Assembly: GCA_016699875.1 (NCBI GenBank)
Contig: CP064989.1
Span: 712,788 to 776,787 of the forward strand
Source: Candidatus Moraniibacteriota bacterium
GTDB taxonomy: Bacteria; Patescibacteriota; Minisyncoccia; Moranbacterales; UBA1568
Direction: 5' to 3'
Length of the DNA: 64,000 nt
In this document: piece after piece, positions 1-9,166 of the stretch
Position numbering within the stretch: the stretch's first letter is position 1
Layout of the letters: each line of letters begins with the position of its first letter
Made by a program: the position numbers and the translations under genes
Notes under the pieces: model-generated
Database searches by the model: none
Seen by the model: the letters and a program-made list of their open reading frames with translations, nothing else
What the model was told of the DNA's origin: nothing

Positions 1-1287
1 TCGTCCTAATAATATATCCAGATAGCATTGGCAGTTGAGTCGGACGTAATGGGGGAGGAGAAAGTGCGTGCGGACGGATTCTTGCGCGGCACGACCGATA
101 ACTTGTGCTTTCGCTGTGTCGGACAGCGTCTCGACGACGTGCTGCGCGATTGCTTCCGGAGTGTCGGCGAGGTAGCCGTTTTCGCCATGGGTGATTTGGA
201 GTTCGGCTCCGCGAGAGGGGCGGGCGATGACGACACGGGCTTTCCACATAGCTTCTGTGATGGTGAGTCCAAAGCCTTCGCGTCGGCTCATCTGAAGCGT
301 GCACTTGGTGAGTGTATTGACGGCATTGATGAAGAGGGCATTGCTTGTGTCATGCATGAGCTGGGAGAGATCCGAAAATATATGGATATCGGGATCTCTC
401 GATGCCGCAGAAGTGGTCTTGGCAACCCACTCGAGTGCTTCCGGATCATCGGATGCTTCGATGAATCCGGCGAGTATGAGCTGGAGCGTTGGCAAGGATT
501 GTTTTGCAATGCGATAAGTATCGATAGCGCCGAGAGGATCCTTCCATGTGTCGAAGCGGGATATCTGTGTAATGATGGGGCGTGCCGTATCGATACCGTG
601 TTTCTCGAGAATGTTTTGAGCGGAATCTCTATCGAGGGGGGAATTTTTCTCAGCGAGCGGATCGATGGCGGGGCGGATAATGACAGTCTGATCTTTGGAG
701 TATGTATCTATTGCTGAGCGATAATTACCGCTCGAAAGGATGATGCCGGAGGTTTGTTGAAGCATCGGCATGAGGAATTCGGCAATTGGTCTGTAAGGGG
801 TTGAGAGATCGATATGCAGCCGCGAGATAACAGGCGCGTATTGACGCGCTTGAGATATGAGCGGAAGCGGTTGCGGATCATGAAGGACTATGAGATTCGG
901 TTGAAAGTCGCGCGCGATAGTTTCAAATCGTTCATGGAGCGTTGCGGCGATTTCGAGATAGGCTGCTTGTTCAGTGGGAGTAATCATGTGGGCTGCACCC
1001 TGAAGACCATTGTGAATTTTCTTGGTAATGACAAAAAAATCGTGAGCGTCCTCGATAACGACCCGGGAACTCTCAATGCCAAGCGCGCGTTCGAATGCGC
1101 AACCGCTTCTGAGAAGTTCGGCAACGCCGCCGCCTTGCGCTGAGGAGCTGACGTGCAGTATTCGTTTGCCGGCAAGTGATGAAGTAATCTCCTTGAGAGA
1201 GGACGCGTCATCTGGGCTGATGGCGGCATATGTCGTGAGCGCGCTTTGCGTGAAGGAATCCGGAGTGACTGTTTTTAGTGTGGGCAT
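1..1287 (-). CDS. Glycosyltransferase family 4 (GT-B fold), partial; runs off the window start. ATG at 1287-1285.
   Basis: Manual reverse translation in the frame fixed by the ATG at 1287 is open down to position 1. It reads MPTLKTVTPDSF...AQGGGVAELLRS (N-terminal GGG motif)...QPNLIVLHDPQPLP...RPAIDPL...REGFGLTITEAMW (the GT4 E-x7-E/EGFGL region)...LLPHYVRLNCQCYLDILLGR. Frame continuity was spot-checked at 1-60, 220-360, 660-815 and 984-1287, not across the whole gene. The track ORF 28..717(+) is its antisense shadow. Confidence 0.7.
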   Translation of the reverse strand, partial: MPTLKTVTPDSFTQSALTTYAAISPDDASSLKEITSSLAGKRILHVSSSAQGGGVAELLRSGCAFERALGIESSRVVIEDAHDFFVITKKIHNGLQGAAHMITPTEQAAYLEIAATLHERFETIARDFQPNLIVLHDPQPLPLISQARQYAPVISRLHIDLSTPYRPIAEFLMPMLQQTSGIILSSGNYRSAIDTYSKDQTVIIRPAIDPLAEKNSPLDRDSAQNILEKHGIDTARPIITQISRFDTWKDPLGAIDTYRIAKQSLPTLQLILAGFIEASDDPEALEWVAKTTSAASRDPDIHIFSDLSQLMHDTSNALFINAVNTLTKCTLQMSRREGFGLTITEAMWKARVVIARPSRGAELQITHGENGYLADTPEAIAQHVVETLSDTAKAQVIGRAAQESVRTHFLLPHYVRLNCQCYLDILLGR

Positions 1288-1470
1288 ACGAAGAGTATAC
1301 CAACCGAGAAAGAAGCGAACAAATGTTTCTCTCTGTCATTTTGACTGGAGTAACTGGAGGGACAAGGCGGAGGAATTTCCGGACAGGATGTGTAAGAACT
1401 TGAAAAGCGCGGTTCTGCGACTGAGATTCCTCAACTTCGCTCGGAATGACATCAGGGAATAGTTTTCGGA

Positions 1471-1710
1471 TCAATACGACGAGGGCTTTTCTCTTTCGAG
1501 AATCGCATGAACAAGCATTGCCACCGGACAATAACCGGTTATGGCGAAAAACATAAGCATGCTACCGACAAAGAGTGCGGCCCAATGGAATCCCGGATGA
1601 AGGAAGATTCCGAGCAGTGTCAGTATGGCGACCAAGAGTCCGGCAATTAAGAAGATGATTCGATCAACGGTCCAGCGTTTTGTTTCGGCGCGATAGAAAA
1701 GTGGCGGCAT
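1471..1710 (-). CDS. DUF2892 (YgaP-like) small inner-membrane protein
   Basis: 79 aa with a DRIIFLIAGLLV...GYCPV pattern (DRII..G..L, then a hydrophobic helix, then GxCP), typical of DUF2892. It is the last gene of the minus-strand RND operon. Confidence 0.5.
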   Translation of the reverse strand: MPPLFYRAETKRWTVDRIIFLIAGLLVAILTLLGIFLHPGFHWAALFVGSMLMFFAITGYCPVAMLVHAILEREKPSSY

Positions 1711-1740
1711 AGGCTTATTTTTTAGGAATAAACGTGTGGC

Positions 1741-4700
1741 TTAAGAAGCTTTTTCTTCCCAGTGTTTTCGCTCGAAGATGAAATAGAGGAGAGGAAAGAT
1801 AATGAGAGTGAGGAAGGTGGACGCGGAGAGTCCGAAGATAATGGACCAGGCGAGTCCTTCCCAGACAGGATCGCTTACGATAGTGAGCGAACCGAGTATG
1901 GCGGCAAGCGAAGTTAGGACAATGGGGAGCAATCTAATGCGCCCGGCTTCTACAAGCGCTTCCCGCATTGGCATGCCGGCATGTCTGAGTGGCTCGAGGT
2001 ATTCCAAGTAGATGATAGCATTTTTTACGGAGAGCCCGGAAAGCGCGATGACGCCGATCATCGAGGTGGCATTGAAATACGTCCCTTTGACTGCTTGTAA
2101 GAATGCAAACCCGGGAAGTATGCCGATTAGTCCGAGCGGGATGCTTATCATGATGAGACCGGGTATGATGAGCGACTTTGTTCGTGCTGCCAAGACGAAG
2201 AATATGAGAAACAGGACAACTCCCATGACAATGCCCAGGTCACGGAACACTTCGATGGTCAGTTTCCATTCGCCGCCGATTTCTACGCGATACTGTTCGC
2301 CGGTCGATCGATCTTGATAGGTGACGCCGAGTGGCGACCAGGAAATCCTCTCCCCAGCATTGTCCGGGAGATGATAACTGAGAAGTGTGGGGAATATATC
2401 GAGCACGGCATAGACGATGCTTCGATTGCCCATCTCGGCGGATATGAACGTTGTTTCCAGACGATTATCGGAGAGTATGGCTTGCTCTGTCGGGGAGTTG
2501 ACCGGTTCAAGGAGATCGGTAATCGGTATGAGATCGCCGGACTTGCCAGAGATTTTTATACGTGACAGATCTTGTTCTTGCGAGCGATTTTCCGGCGCAA
2601 ACCGTATAACGATGTATCGCGGTTCTTTGGCAGGATTCTCGCGCGTCGTGCTGTGGAAGAGTCCCATGTTTGATCCGGAGAATGCTGTTTGAATTGACAT
2701 CTCAATATCCGGAAGTGAGACGCCAAGACGAGATGCCTTCTCTGTATTTATTCGATAGGTTGGGTTGATACCTCGTTCGGGAATCGAAGTGTCAATGTCG
2801 ACGACGCCATCTATATTTGCGGAAGCATTGGCGAGGTCGCGGGCGATTTGTTCTCGAATTTCGCTATTCGAACCCTTTACTTTCAGAAGAAAGGTTGAGA
2901 GAACTGGTGGCCCGGGTGGATCTTCAATGATGCGCGCGACAGCATCAGGAAATGCTTCGTGGAAATCGGTGAGGCTTTCCCGTACGCGAAAGGCAATTGC
3001 TTCTGATGTGATGCTGCGACTGTTCGATGCTGTGAGGTGAACTACGAGCGTTGCTTGGTTCTCAGTGGTTCTTTGGGAGCTTCCTTTGAAAAGTCCATTG
3101 AAATCAACTACGGGTGCCGTACCAACGAAACTCTCTACTTGGAGAATATCGGAATCTTTGAGAAGGATTGTTTCGATGGCGTGCGTCGCAGCATCGGTTG
3201 TATCGAGTGCTGTGCCGTCCGGAAGGTCGAGGTATACGGAGAAATGATCTTTGTCAGCTTTGGGAAGCATCCGAAAAGGTACGAGTGGCGTCAGGGGGAG
3301 TATAAGCGCGATAATGAGCGCCGCTCCGGTTGTCACGAGCACCAAGACGCGTTTCTTGCGGTGCATGAGAAGTGCGGACAGTGTTTGTTCGTATATCTTT
3401 TCAATTCTTTTGAACGTTCGTACGAAGAGATTGTCTTTCTCTGTATCTGCAAGGATTTTTCTTGGCATGGAAAGGAGGGAGAGAAACGGATTGAGCGTGA
3501 CGGAGATAATGAGTGACGCAAAGAGTGCTGCCGGCACGAAGAAGGGGATCGGTCCCATATAGGGTCCCATCATGCCGCTGACAAATGCCATAGGGAGAAA
3601 AGCGAGTGCCATAGTGAGAGTTGAAAGGGCGAGCGCGCCACCCACTTCGTCCACAGCCTGTACGATAAGCTTGATCCTGTTCTCATTTGGAAAGAGCCGA
3701 AAGGATCGTGCGATATTTTCTACCACGACTATAGCATCGTCAACGAGAAGTCCGAGCGAGAGTATGAGGGCGAAGAGTGTGATGCGATTTATTGTCTGAC
3801 CGGCAAGAAGTCCCATGCCGAAAACAGCAAGAAGCACGAGCGGTATTGATATCGATGCAACAAAGGCATTGCGCAGCCCAAGGAACAGTGCAAGGAGCGC
3901 GCCGACAATGACAATAGATTTAACGAGATCGAAAGAAAGCTTGGAAATTTCTTCGTGTGCTGTTGCGCCCTCATCGCGCAGAATCGATGTTTTGACTGTG
4001 TCCGGTACGAGAGTTTTTTGAAGATCTTCTAATTTTTTGAGTGCCTCGGTCGACACCGTAGTCGCGTTTTCTCCCTTGAGCTTCGAAAGAGTAATATGGA
4101 CTGTTTCACTGGCGTTTTCGTACCGCTCCGATATGCGGACATATTCCCGTATGTCGTCGGGCTCCAGGGAAATATCGGCGATATCTCCGAGTCGGAGTAT
4201 CGAATCACTTGCTTCTCGGATAGAGATATGTGAGAGATCATCGGGGTTCTCTATGATCCCAACAATGCTTATAAATGGATTCTTACCGATATTTTGGAGT
4301 TCGCTTATGGAGAGGGAGCCGTTTGATTTCCTTATGGCGTTCTCAATGTCGGCGATGGTGACATTTCTGGCGGTGAGTGCGTCGGCGTGCAGTGTTATTT
4401 TTAATTGCTCCGTATGTCCGCCGAGAATGTCTGCCGATGATATACCCGGTACCAGTTTGAGTATGTCGGCAATGTCGATGGCAAGTGCGCGTAAGGACGT
4501 CTCTGACAGTGTTGGCGATGTCAGGGCAATGTCGAGGATGGGAACATCGTCGGGACGTATTGATTGCACAAGCGGAGTTGAAGCGCCGAATGGCAGTGTC
4601 GTTTGTATATCTTGAAGCTTCTGATTAATTGCGAGTGTCGCGCTTTCTTCGGAATATCCGACGAGAAATTTCACGACGACAACGCTTTTCCCTCCGGCAA

Positions 4701-4998
4701 TTGATTGTGAGGAAATATCGTCTACTTTCGGCACTCCCGACACAGCGTCTCCCACTCGTTTTGTGAGAAGAGTGCTGACCTCTTCGGCTGAGGTGCCGGG
4801 AAGTTCGGTTGTTATGGTAAACGCAGGCGCGACAATCTCCGGGTTGTACTGCTTTGGCATGAGTGCAAACGAAAGCGTTCCCCAAACGATGAGTATGCCG
4901 ATAGTGAGCAGGGAAATTTTTTGGTTGGAGAGAAAAATTCGCGTAGCTCTTCCGGCAAATCCGACAGGCACATCAGTGGTTTCGAAAGGATGTTTCAT
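1741..4998 (-). CDS. RND efflux transporter permease (AcrB/HAE-type, 12-TM with large periplasmic loops)
   Basis: 1085 aa with a TM helix right after the N-terminus, periplasmic porter-domain-like segments, and C-terminal TM bundles (IISVTLNPFL, GLLVDDAIVVVENI). Length and organisation match AcrB/CzcA-family pumps. The HAE versus HME subfamily is not resolved. Confidence 0.9.
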   Translation of the reverse strand: MKHPFETTDVPVGFAGRATRIFLSNQKISLLTIGILIVWGTLSFALMPKQYNPEIVAPAFTITTELPGTSAEEVSTLLTKRVGDAVSGVPKVDDISSQSIAGGKSVVVVKFLVGYSEESATLAINQKLQDIQTTLPFGASTPLVQSIRPDDVPILDIALTSPTLSETSLRALAIDIADILKLVPGISSADILGGHTEQLKITLHADALTARNVTIADIENAIRKSNGSLSISELQNIGKNPFISIVGIIENPDDLSHISIREASDSILRLGDIADISLEPDDIREYVRISERYENASETVHITLSKLKGENATTVSTEALKKLEDLQKTLVPDTVKTSILRDEGATAHEEISKLSFDLVKSIVIVGALLALFLGLRNAFVASISIPLVLLAVFGMGLLAGQTINRITLFALILSLGLLVDDAIVVVENIARSFRLFPNENRIKLIVQAVDEVGGALALSTLTMALAFLPMAFVSGMMGPYMGPIPFFVPAALFASLIISVTLNPFLSLLSMPRKILADTEKDNLFVRTFKRIEKIYEQTLSALLMHRKKRVLVLVTTGAALIIALILPLTPLVPFRMLPKADKDHFSVYLDLPDGTALDTTDAATHAIETILLKDSDILQVESFVGTAPVVDFNGLFKGSSQRTTENQATLVVHLTASNSRSITSEAIAFRVRESLTDFHEAFPDAVARIIEDPPGPPVLSTFLLKVKGSNSEIREQIARDLANASANIDGVVDIDTSIPERGINPTYRINTEKASRLGVSLPDIEMSIQTAFSGSNMGLFHSTTRENPAKEPRYIVIRFAPENRSQEQDLSRIKISGKSGDLIPITDLLEPVNSPTEQAILSDNRLETTFISAEMGNRSIVYAVLDIFPTLLSYHLPDNAGERISWSPLGVTYQDRSTGEQYRVEIGGEWKLTIEVFRDLGIVMGVVLFLIFFVLAARTKSLIIPGLIMISIPLGLIGILPGFAFLQAVKGTYFNATSMIGVIALSGLSVKNAIIYLEYLEPLRHAGMPMREALVEAGRIRLLPIVLTSLAAILGSLTIVSDPVWEGLAWSIIFGLSASTFLTLIIFPLLYFIFERKHWEEKAS

Positions 4999-5013
4999 AG
5001 TGATAGTGTCGGA

Positions 5014-6195
5014 CTATTCGTGATGAACGGCATATACAGACATCCCTTCTTGCAGGGAGTGCAAGCCTTCAGTAATGACTGTGTCGCTGATGTCGAGTCC
5101 GTTGAGTATTTCTCTCGAGTCCCCGTATTGGTTTCCGGCGACAACCGGTTGCTTATGTGTCTTTGAATCAGTAACAGTAAAAACGAATGTTTCGCCATAC
5201 TGTCGGATCAGCGCCGAATCCGGAATGAGCAGTGTATCTCTCGATGGTTCGGTTGGGAGTTCAACCGAAGCGTATTGTCCGGGGAATATTGTCGAAGATG
5301 GGTCGTCATGTGCGAGTAGTCGTATGATGGCGATGGTTTCGCCGGTTGACGGATTGGCAACGGGTGCAATGGAAAATACTTCGCCGTCGATAGATTGATT
5401 TGAATGTTCCGGTAGTATAGAGACACTCGATCCTTTCTGGATTGACGCGGCAAGACGGATTGGTACGGAGACGGGAATTTCAATGTCATTGGGTGAGACG
5501 AGGGAATAGAGAACGCTATTTGGACTTGCGAATGAACCGACAGATGTTTGTTTGGTCGCGACAATTCCTGAGAATGGCGCTCGGACGAAGCGGTTTTCGA
5601 GAGCGGCTCTTGATATTGTTTCAGAACCCTGGAGAGCAGCAACGGAAGCGGCTGCTTGGGCGTTTTCGGTGTCACGCAATTTCTTGGCGGTTCGAACGGC
5701 ATCCTCGGCGACACGGACGTCTTTGTCGGTTGCTATTCCGCGCTTTCGATCATCCTTTGTTTTCGAGAGGGCCGTCTCTGCGGCATCGACCTGTTGCTTT
5801 GTATACTTCTCCATCCGGTCAAGTGAGGTGAGAGCAGCTGAAAGTGAGAGCGAAGCGCTTTGATTTCCAGCTATGAGCTCATTTCCATCGAGTATTGCAA
5901 GAAGGTCCCCGGATTGAACAGAATCCCCGGGTTCTTTGAGGAGCGCTATGACAGATCCCGATACTTTCGGACTGATATCCGCATGGCGAATGCCACGAGC
6001 AAATCCGGAGAAGGTTTCAGTTGGCTGAATCTGCGAACGGGAAACAGACACGGTCTGTACGGGCATCGATACTGTTGCCAATTCATGCTGGACTTCCGGG
6101 TCAGCGGAGGCGTTCCAAGAAATGACTGCCCCGAGAGTACCCGCGAGAAAGAGGAGAAGGAGCTTCATGTGCTTTCGTTCGGAAATGATTTGCAT
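5014..6195 (-). CDS. RND efflux periplasmic adaptor (membrane-fusion protein, HlyD/AcrA family)
   Basis: 393 aa with a signal/TM anchor (MKLLLLFLAGTLGAVISW), a coiled-coil hairpin (LDRMEKYTKQQVDAAETAL...AEDAVRTAKKL), a lipoyl-like segment (GDSVQSGDLLAILD) and a beta-barrel. It lies immediately upstream of the RND permease on the same strand. Confidence 0.8.
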   Translation of the reverse strand: MQIISERKHMKLLLLFLAGTLGAVISWNASADPEVQHELATVSMPVQTVSVSRSQIQPTETFSGFARGIRHADISPKVSGSVIALLKEPGDSVQSGDLLAILDGNELIAGNQSASLSLSAALTSLDRMEKYTKQQVDAAETALSKTKDDRKRGIATDKDVRVAEDAVRTAKKLRDTENAQAAASVAALQGSETISRAALENRFVRAPFSGIVATKQTSVGSFASPNSVLYSLVSPNDIEIPVSVPIRLAASIQKGSSVSILPEHSNQSIDGEVFSIAPVANPSTGETIAIIRLLAHDDPSSTIFPGQYASVELPTEPSRDTLLIPDSALIRQYGETFVFTVTDSKTHKQPVVAGNQYGDSREILNGLDISDTVITEGLHSLQEGMSVYAVHHE

Positions 6196-6251
6196 AAAGG
6201 TTGTTGTGAGTCGGAATTGCTTTGATGCTGAGAGTGATTACTTGAACCCGG

Positions 6252-6524
6252 TTACTTGTTCTGTGCTATATTGACGATTTTGAGGAGCTCTTTGTGGAGT
6301 GTTCGGATCTGCTTTGCTTGAGCGCCTGAAAGACTCTGCGCGGTATGTTCCATGTGACTCTCGAGCATGAGAAGATTGGCTGATTTGAGGAGTCCGATAA
6401 CGGAGAGGTTTTGCTGTATGACCGGGAAACAGTCAACATTTTGCGACTCGATAACAAAGAGAATTTTCTCGAGGCTGGTCTTGGCCTTCTTGAGAGCGAT
6501 AGCGATTTTATCTTTTCGTTCCAT
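6252..6524 (-). CDS. CsoR/RcnR/FrmR-family (DUF156) metal- or persulfide-sensing transcriptional repressor
   Basis: A 90-aa all-helical protein: KDKIAIALKKAKTSLEKILFVIESQNVDCFPVIQQNLSVIGLLKSANLLMLESHMEH. A conserved Cys sits in the second helix and a His pair (H-x2-H) near the C-terminal helix, as in W-X-Y-Z sensor positions. It is the first gene of the RND operon. Confidence 0.6.
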   Translation of the reverse strand: MERKDKIAIALKKAKTSLEKILFVIESQNVDCFPVIQQNLSVIGLLKSANLLMLESHMEHTAQSLSGAQAKQIRTLHKELLKIVNIAQNK

Positions 6525-6550
6525 AAGGCTTCCGCGTGAAGTATTATCCT

Positions 6551-6569
6551 ATACCTATGGTGTAGGTAT
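6551..6569. promoter_or_regulatory. Perfect 7-5-7 inverted repeat ATACCTA-tggtg-TAGGTAT between the repressor gene and the divergent gene; candidate operator
   Basis: Read directly from the sequence at 6551-6569, 27 bp upstream of the repressor start codon at 6524. CsoR-family operators are pseudo-palindromes of similar length. Confidence 0.4.
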
Positions 6570-6691
6570 ACATGAAGAGCATCGGCGTGTCAAATGGGGT
6601 AGTTCGGATGCAAATCACGATATACGAGGATAGCTTTGTCAGAAACTTTGTTTTATGTCAGAATAGCGCCGTAAGAGTATCTTCCAGCGAT

Positions 6692-7192
6692 ATGAATGAG
6701 AAATACAAAAAGTCTATGATATTCGTGCTCTTTGTTCTGGTTGTTGTGGCATCCCTCGGTATATTCGTTCTCTTTGCGCGGTTTTTGGGATTTGGCGGCG
6801 GAATAGACTCCGCTATAACAGTCCCGATTTCCGGACCGGTAACCGTAGGAGAGGATGGCGTGACGTTTACTCCGGACGAATCTCTTCGGATCACTCGGAC
6901 ATCGGGAAAAGTGTTGTTGCGATCTCAGCTGATCAGCGATGCGAACCTTGTTCAAGGGACGCTACTCTTGAAAGATGGCTCGACACGGAAGGTGTCTATC
7001 TCATTGGAAGATGCGTCCGGAAGAGAATATGTGCTCATTCTTACGAGTGTCGGTTCTGCGGTAGGTTTCGGATTTTCGGAAGACGATCTTTCGAGCATTG
7101 ATAAAAATATAAGTTTTCGCTCGGTGCGTATTCGATCAGATAAGCCGGTTGCAATCGATGCTCTCGAATGGTACTCATGGACGGGGAAATGA
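6692..7192 (+). CDS. Hypothetical membrane-anchored protein (track ORF 6572..7192; likely start at ATG 6692)
   Basis: MNEKYKKSMIFVLFVLVVVASLGIFVLF is a TM anchor, followed by a ~130-aa beta-rich extracytoplasmic segment. No family was recognised. Confidence 0.45.
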   Translation: MNEKYKKSMIFVLFVLVVVASLGIFVLFARFLGFGGGIDSAITVPISGPVTVGEDGVTFTPDESLRITRTSGKVLLRSQLISDANLVQGTLLLKDGSTRKVSISLEDASGREYVLILTSVGSAVGFGFSEDDLSSIDKNISFRSVRIRSDKPVAIDALEWYSWTGK

Positions 7193-7219
7193 TAGAAAGT
7201 TTCAGGAGAGTCTAAATTT

Positions 7220-7714
7220 TTGAGAGAAAATGAAGATATGAATATGATATTTGCTGTCGTGATGGGGTTGGCGGTATTGGGAGTCGGGATGTTGTTCTAT
7301 CGGTCATCGGATGCACAGGGAAGACAAAACGTTAATAAGATAACAGAGAACGCTATGATGTCAGATGAGTCAGCTACAGGGAAAGACTCGGGATTGAAAA
7401 TCGAAACGACGCAAGAGGGAACCGGTGATCAGGTAGTAAAATCTGGCGATACAATCACTGTTCATTATACGGGGCGACTGATGGATGGAACGAAGTTCGA
7501 CTCAAGCGTCGATCGCGGAACACCATTTACTTTTACCATTGGCGCGGGTCAAGTTATCAAGGGCTGGGATGAGGGACTCCTTGGCATGAAGGTGGGGGAG
7601 AAGCGGACGCTTACTATTCCGGCAGACAAAGGCTATGGCGCAACCGGAGCTGGCGGCGTTATCCCGCCCAATGCGACGCTTATATTCGATACTGAGCTCA
7701 TTTCTATCAAGTAG
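7220..7714 (+). CDS. FKBP-type peptidyl-prolyl cis-trans isomerase, membrane-anchored or secreted
   Basis: [89 protein letters not shown] is a canonical FKBP domain. The N-terminal hydrophobic segment is [18 protein letters not shown]. Confidence 0.9.
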   Translation: MRENEDMNMIFAVVMGLAVLGVGMLFYRSSDAQGRQNVNKITENAMMSDESATGKDSGLKIETTQEGTGDQVVKSGDTITVHYTGRLMDGTKFDSSVDRGTPFTFTIGAGQVIKGWDEGLLGMKVGEKRTLTIPADKGYGATGAGGVIPPNATLIFDTELISIK

Positions 7715-7752
7715 GGAAATAGGGAGAAAATAGATCTTGTACACAACAAAAA

Positions 7753-7778
7753 CTCCCGCGACATTGCGGGAGTTTTTG
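7753..7778. terminator. Rho-independent terminator (bidirectional) between the convergent FKBP gene and the CpxP-like gene
   Basis: Stem CTCCCGC-gacatt-GCGGGAG is followed by TTTTTGTTGTTTT and preceded by an A-run. Confidence 0.6.
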
Positions 7779-7814
7779 TTGTTTTGTTGACTCTGTCTAT
7801 GATCTGCGTGTGAC

Positions 7815-8390
7815 CTACTCTTCGCGGCGACCCATCCCATCTCCGGGACCGTGCATGCCACCATCCATGCCAGGACCAACGAACTCATCGGGAATGTTAT
7901 TTGCTTCCGCCCAGGTTTTCATTTCCTCCCGATGTTTTTCGGCGTCTGCGCGGCGTTCTTCCGGTGTCATATCTTTGCGCGATTCAAAATTCGCTTCACG
8001 TTCTTTCTGAAGTTCCTCGTGCTTTGCGAGAATAAGAGCTTTTTGTTCTTCGGTAACTGTGCCGTTTGCGACGGCTTCGGAGAGTCTCTCTTCGAATCGC
8101 TGTTCCATTTCTGCTTGGTGCTCCTTCCGATCTTCGTCAAAGACGCTTTGTACGTCACTGGTGCTCAGATTGAATCGGCTGGCGATTCGTTCGATGAGGG
8201 ATGTCCTCGGAGCATTCCCTTCCGCCGAGGCATTGCCTATGAGGAAAAATCCTCCTGCGGCAAGCGTTCCAAATGCAATAACGAGTGCTGCGAGTATTCG
8301 TATTGAAATCATAAGAATTTTGTTAGCGATTATATCGGTCGTGTGCGCCACGCATTCCTTTATACGATTCATTTGGAAATGAGTTTGCAT
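7815..8390 (-). CDS. CpxP/Spy-family (LTXXQ-motif) periplasmic stress protein; likely start at an internal Met (~8312 or 8372)
   Basis: VTEEQKALILAKHEELQKER closely parallels E. coli CpxP [20 protein letters not shown]. A second LTxxQ-like motif is LSTSDVQ. An N-terminal signal/TM sequence is MISIRILAALVIAFGTLAAG. The protein is Glu/Arg-rich and helical. Confidence 0.5.
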   Translation of the reverse strand: MQTHFQMNRIKECVAHTTDIIANKILMISIRILAALVIAFGTLAAGGFFLIGNASAEGNAPRTSLIERIASRFNLSTSDVQSVFDEDRKEHQAEMEQRFEERLSEAVANGTVTEEQKALILAKHEELQKEREANFESRKDMTPEERRADAEKHREEMKTWAEANNIPDEFVGPGMDGGMHGPGDGMGRREE

Positions 8391-9147
8391 TCGGTTCTTG
8401 CCTATCGTTCAAGTTTTCTCTGAGCGGTCGGATGAAGAGTGCTTGAATAGTGTTGTTCTTTCCTGGTGTTCCGAGCACGAGTACATCCTCACCTGATTGA
8501 ATGCGCGCTCTCGGGCTTATGCGAGTGTTGCCATTCACCTGTATGGTCCAGGCTTCAGTATTTGGTGTTTGCAAGAGAAACGAGTCTGACTGTACGTCTG
8601 TTATCTTCCCGGCGAGGGCGCCGTCTTGCGGAGATGACCATCGAGATGCTCTTGGAGGGAGGATTCCGCGGAACATTTCCGGAGTCCTGTTTTCAAATGC
8701 TCGATCTATTCGCTCATCGATTTTGGTAAAATGTGCGAGAAGTGTCGCCGTGAGAATGGTGAGCGTGATGAGGCTGCCAACAAAAATTGTCCGATAGCGA
8801 TATCCTCGCTTGGTATTTCGGAATGTGAGAATGCCGAAGAGAACGGCAATGCCGAAAAGACTGATCCAAATAATCGGCGTGGAAAAAAAGAGAAAGAGTG
8901 GCGGATGCTGAAGTCCGAAAGAGCGGAATATTTCCGGTCCGATATCGAGAATATCAATCAATCCCAGAGAGAGAAATATTACGCCAATAATCCCCATGCT
9001 TCCGAGGAGTATCCAAAAAGCTGCGTTCTTGGCAAGAATAACCCACCGTGGCGTCGGTGTGATGCGTTTTTTCTTTATAGTTTCAACGATATCGGTGATG
9101 GAGTGTTGATTCATACGGAGAGGGAGAAATAGGGGTGATAATTTCAT
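8323..9147 (-). CDS. Polytopic membrane protein immediately downstream of the ECF sigma factor (candidate anti-sigma factor)
   Basis: 274 aa with 3-4 TM helices (FWILLGSMGIIGVIFLSLGL, LFLFFSTPIIWISLFGIAVLFGIL, IFVGSLITLTILTATLL) and a C-terminal soluble segment. The anti-sigma assignment rests on operon position only. Confidence 0.4.
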   Translation of the reverse strand: MKLSPLFLPLRMNQHSITDIVETIKKKRITPTPRWVILAKNAAFWILLGSMGIIGVIFLSLGLIDILDIGPEIFRSFGLQHPPLFLFFSTPIIWISLFGIAVLFGILTFRNTKRGYRYRTIFVGSLITLTILTATLLAHFTKIDERIDRAFENRTPEMFRGILPPRASRWSSPQDGALAGKITDVQSDSFLLQTPNTEAWTIQVNGNTRISPRARIQSGEDVLVLGTPGKNNTIQALFIRPLRENLNDRQEPNANSFPNESYKGMRGAHDRYNR

Positions 9148-9166
9148 GTGCGACGACAGGCAAGTG

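Noticed and set aside
28-717. Plus-strand ORF (229 aa, Cys/Arg/Gly-rich)
   Set aside because: It is the antisense shadow of the minus-strand GT4 glycosyltransferase, whose frame is open from 1287 to the window edge. The composition is not protein-like.
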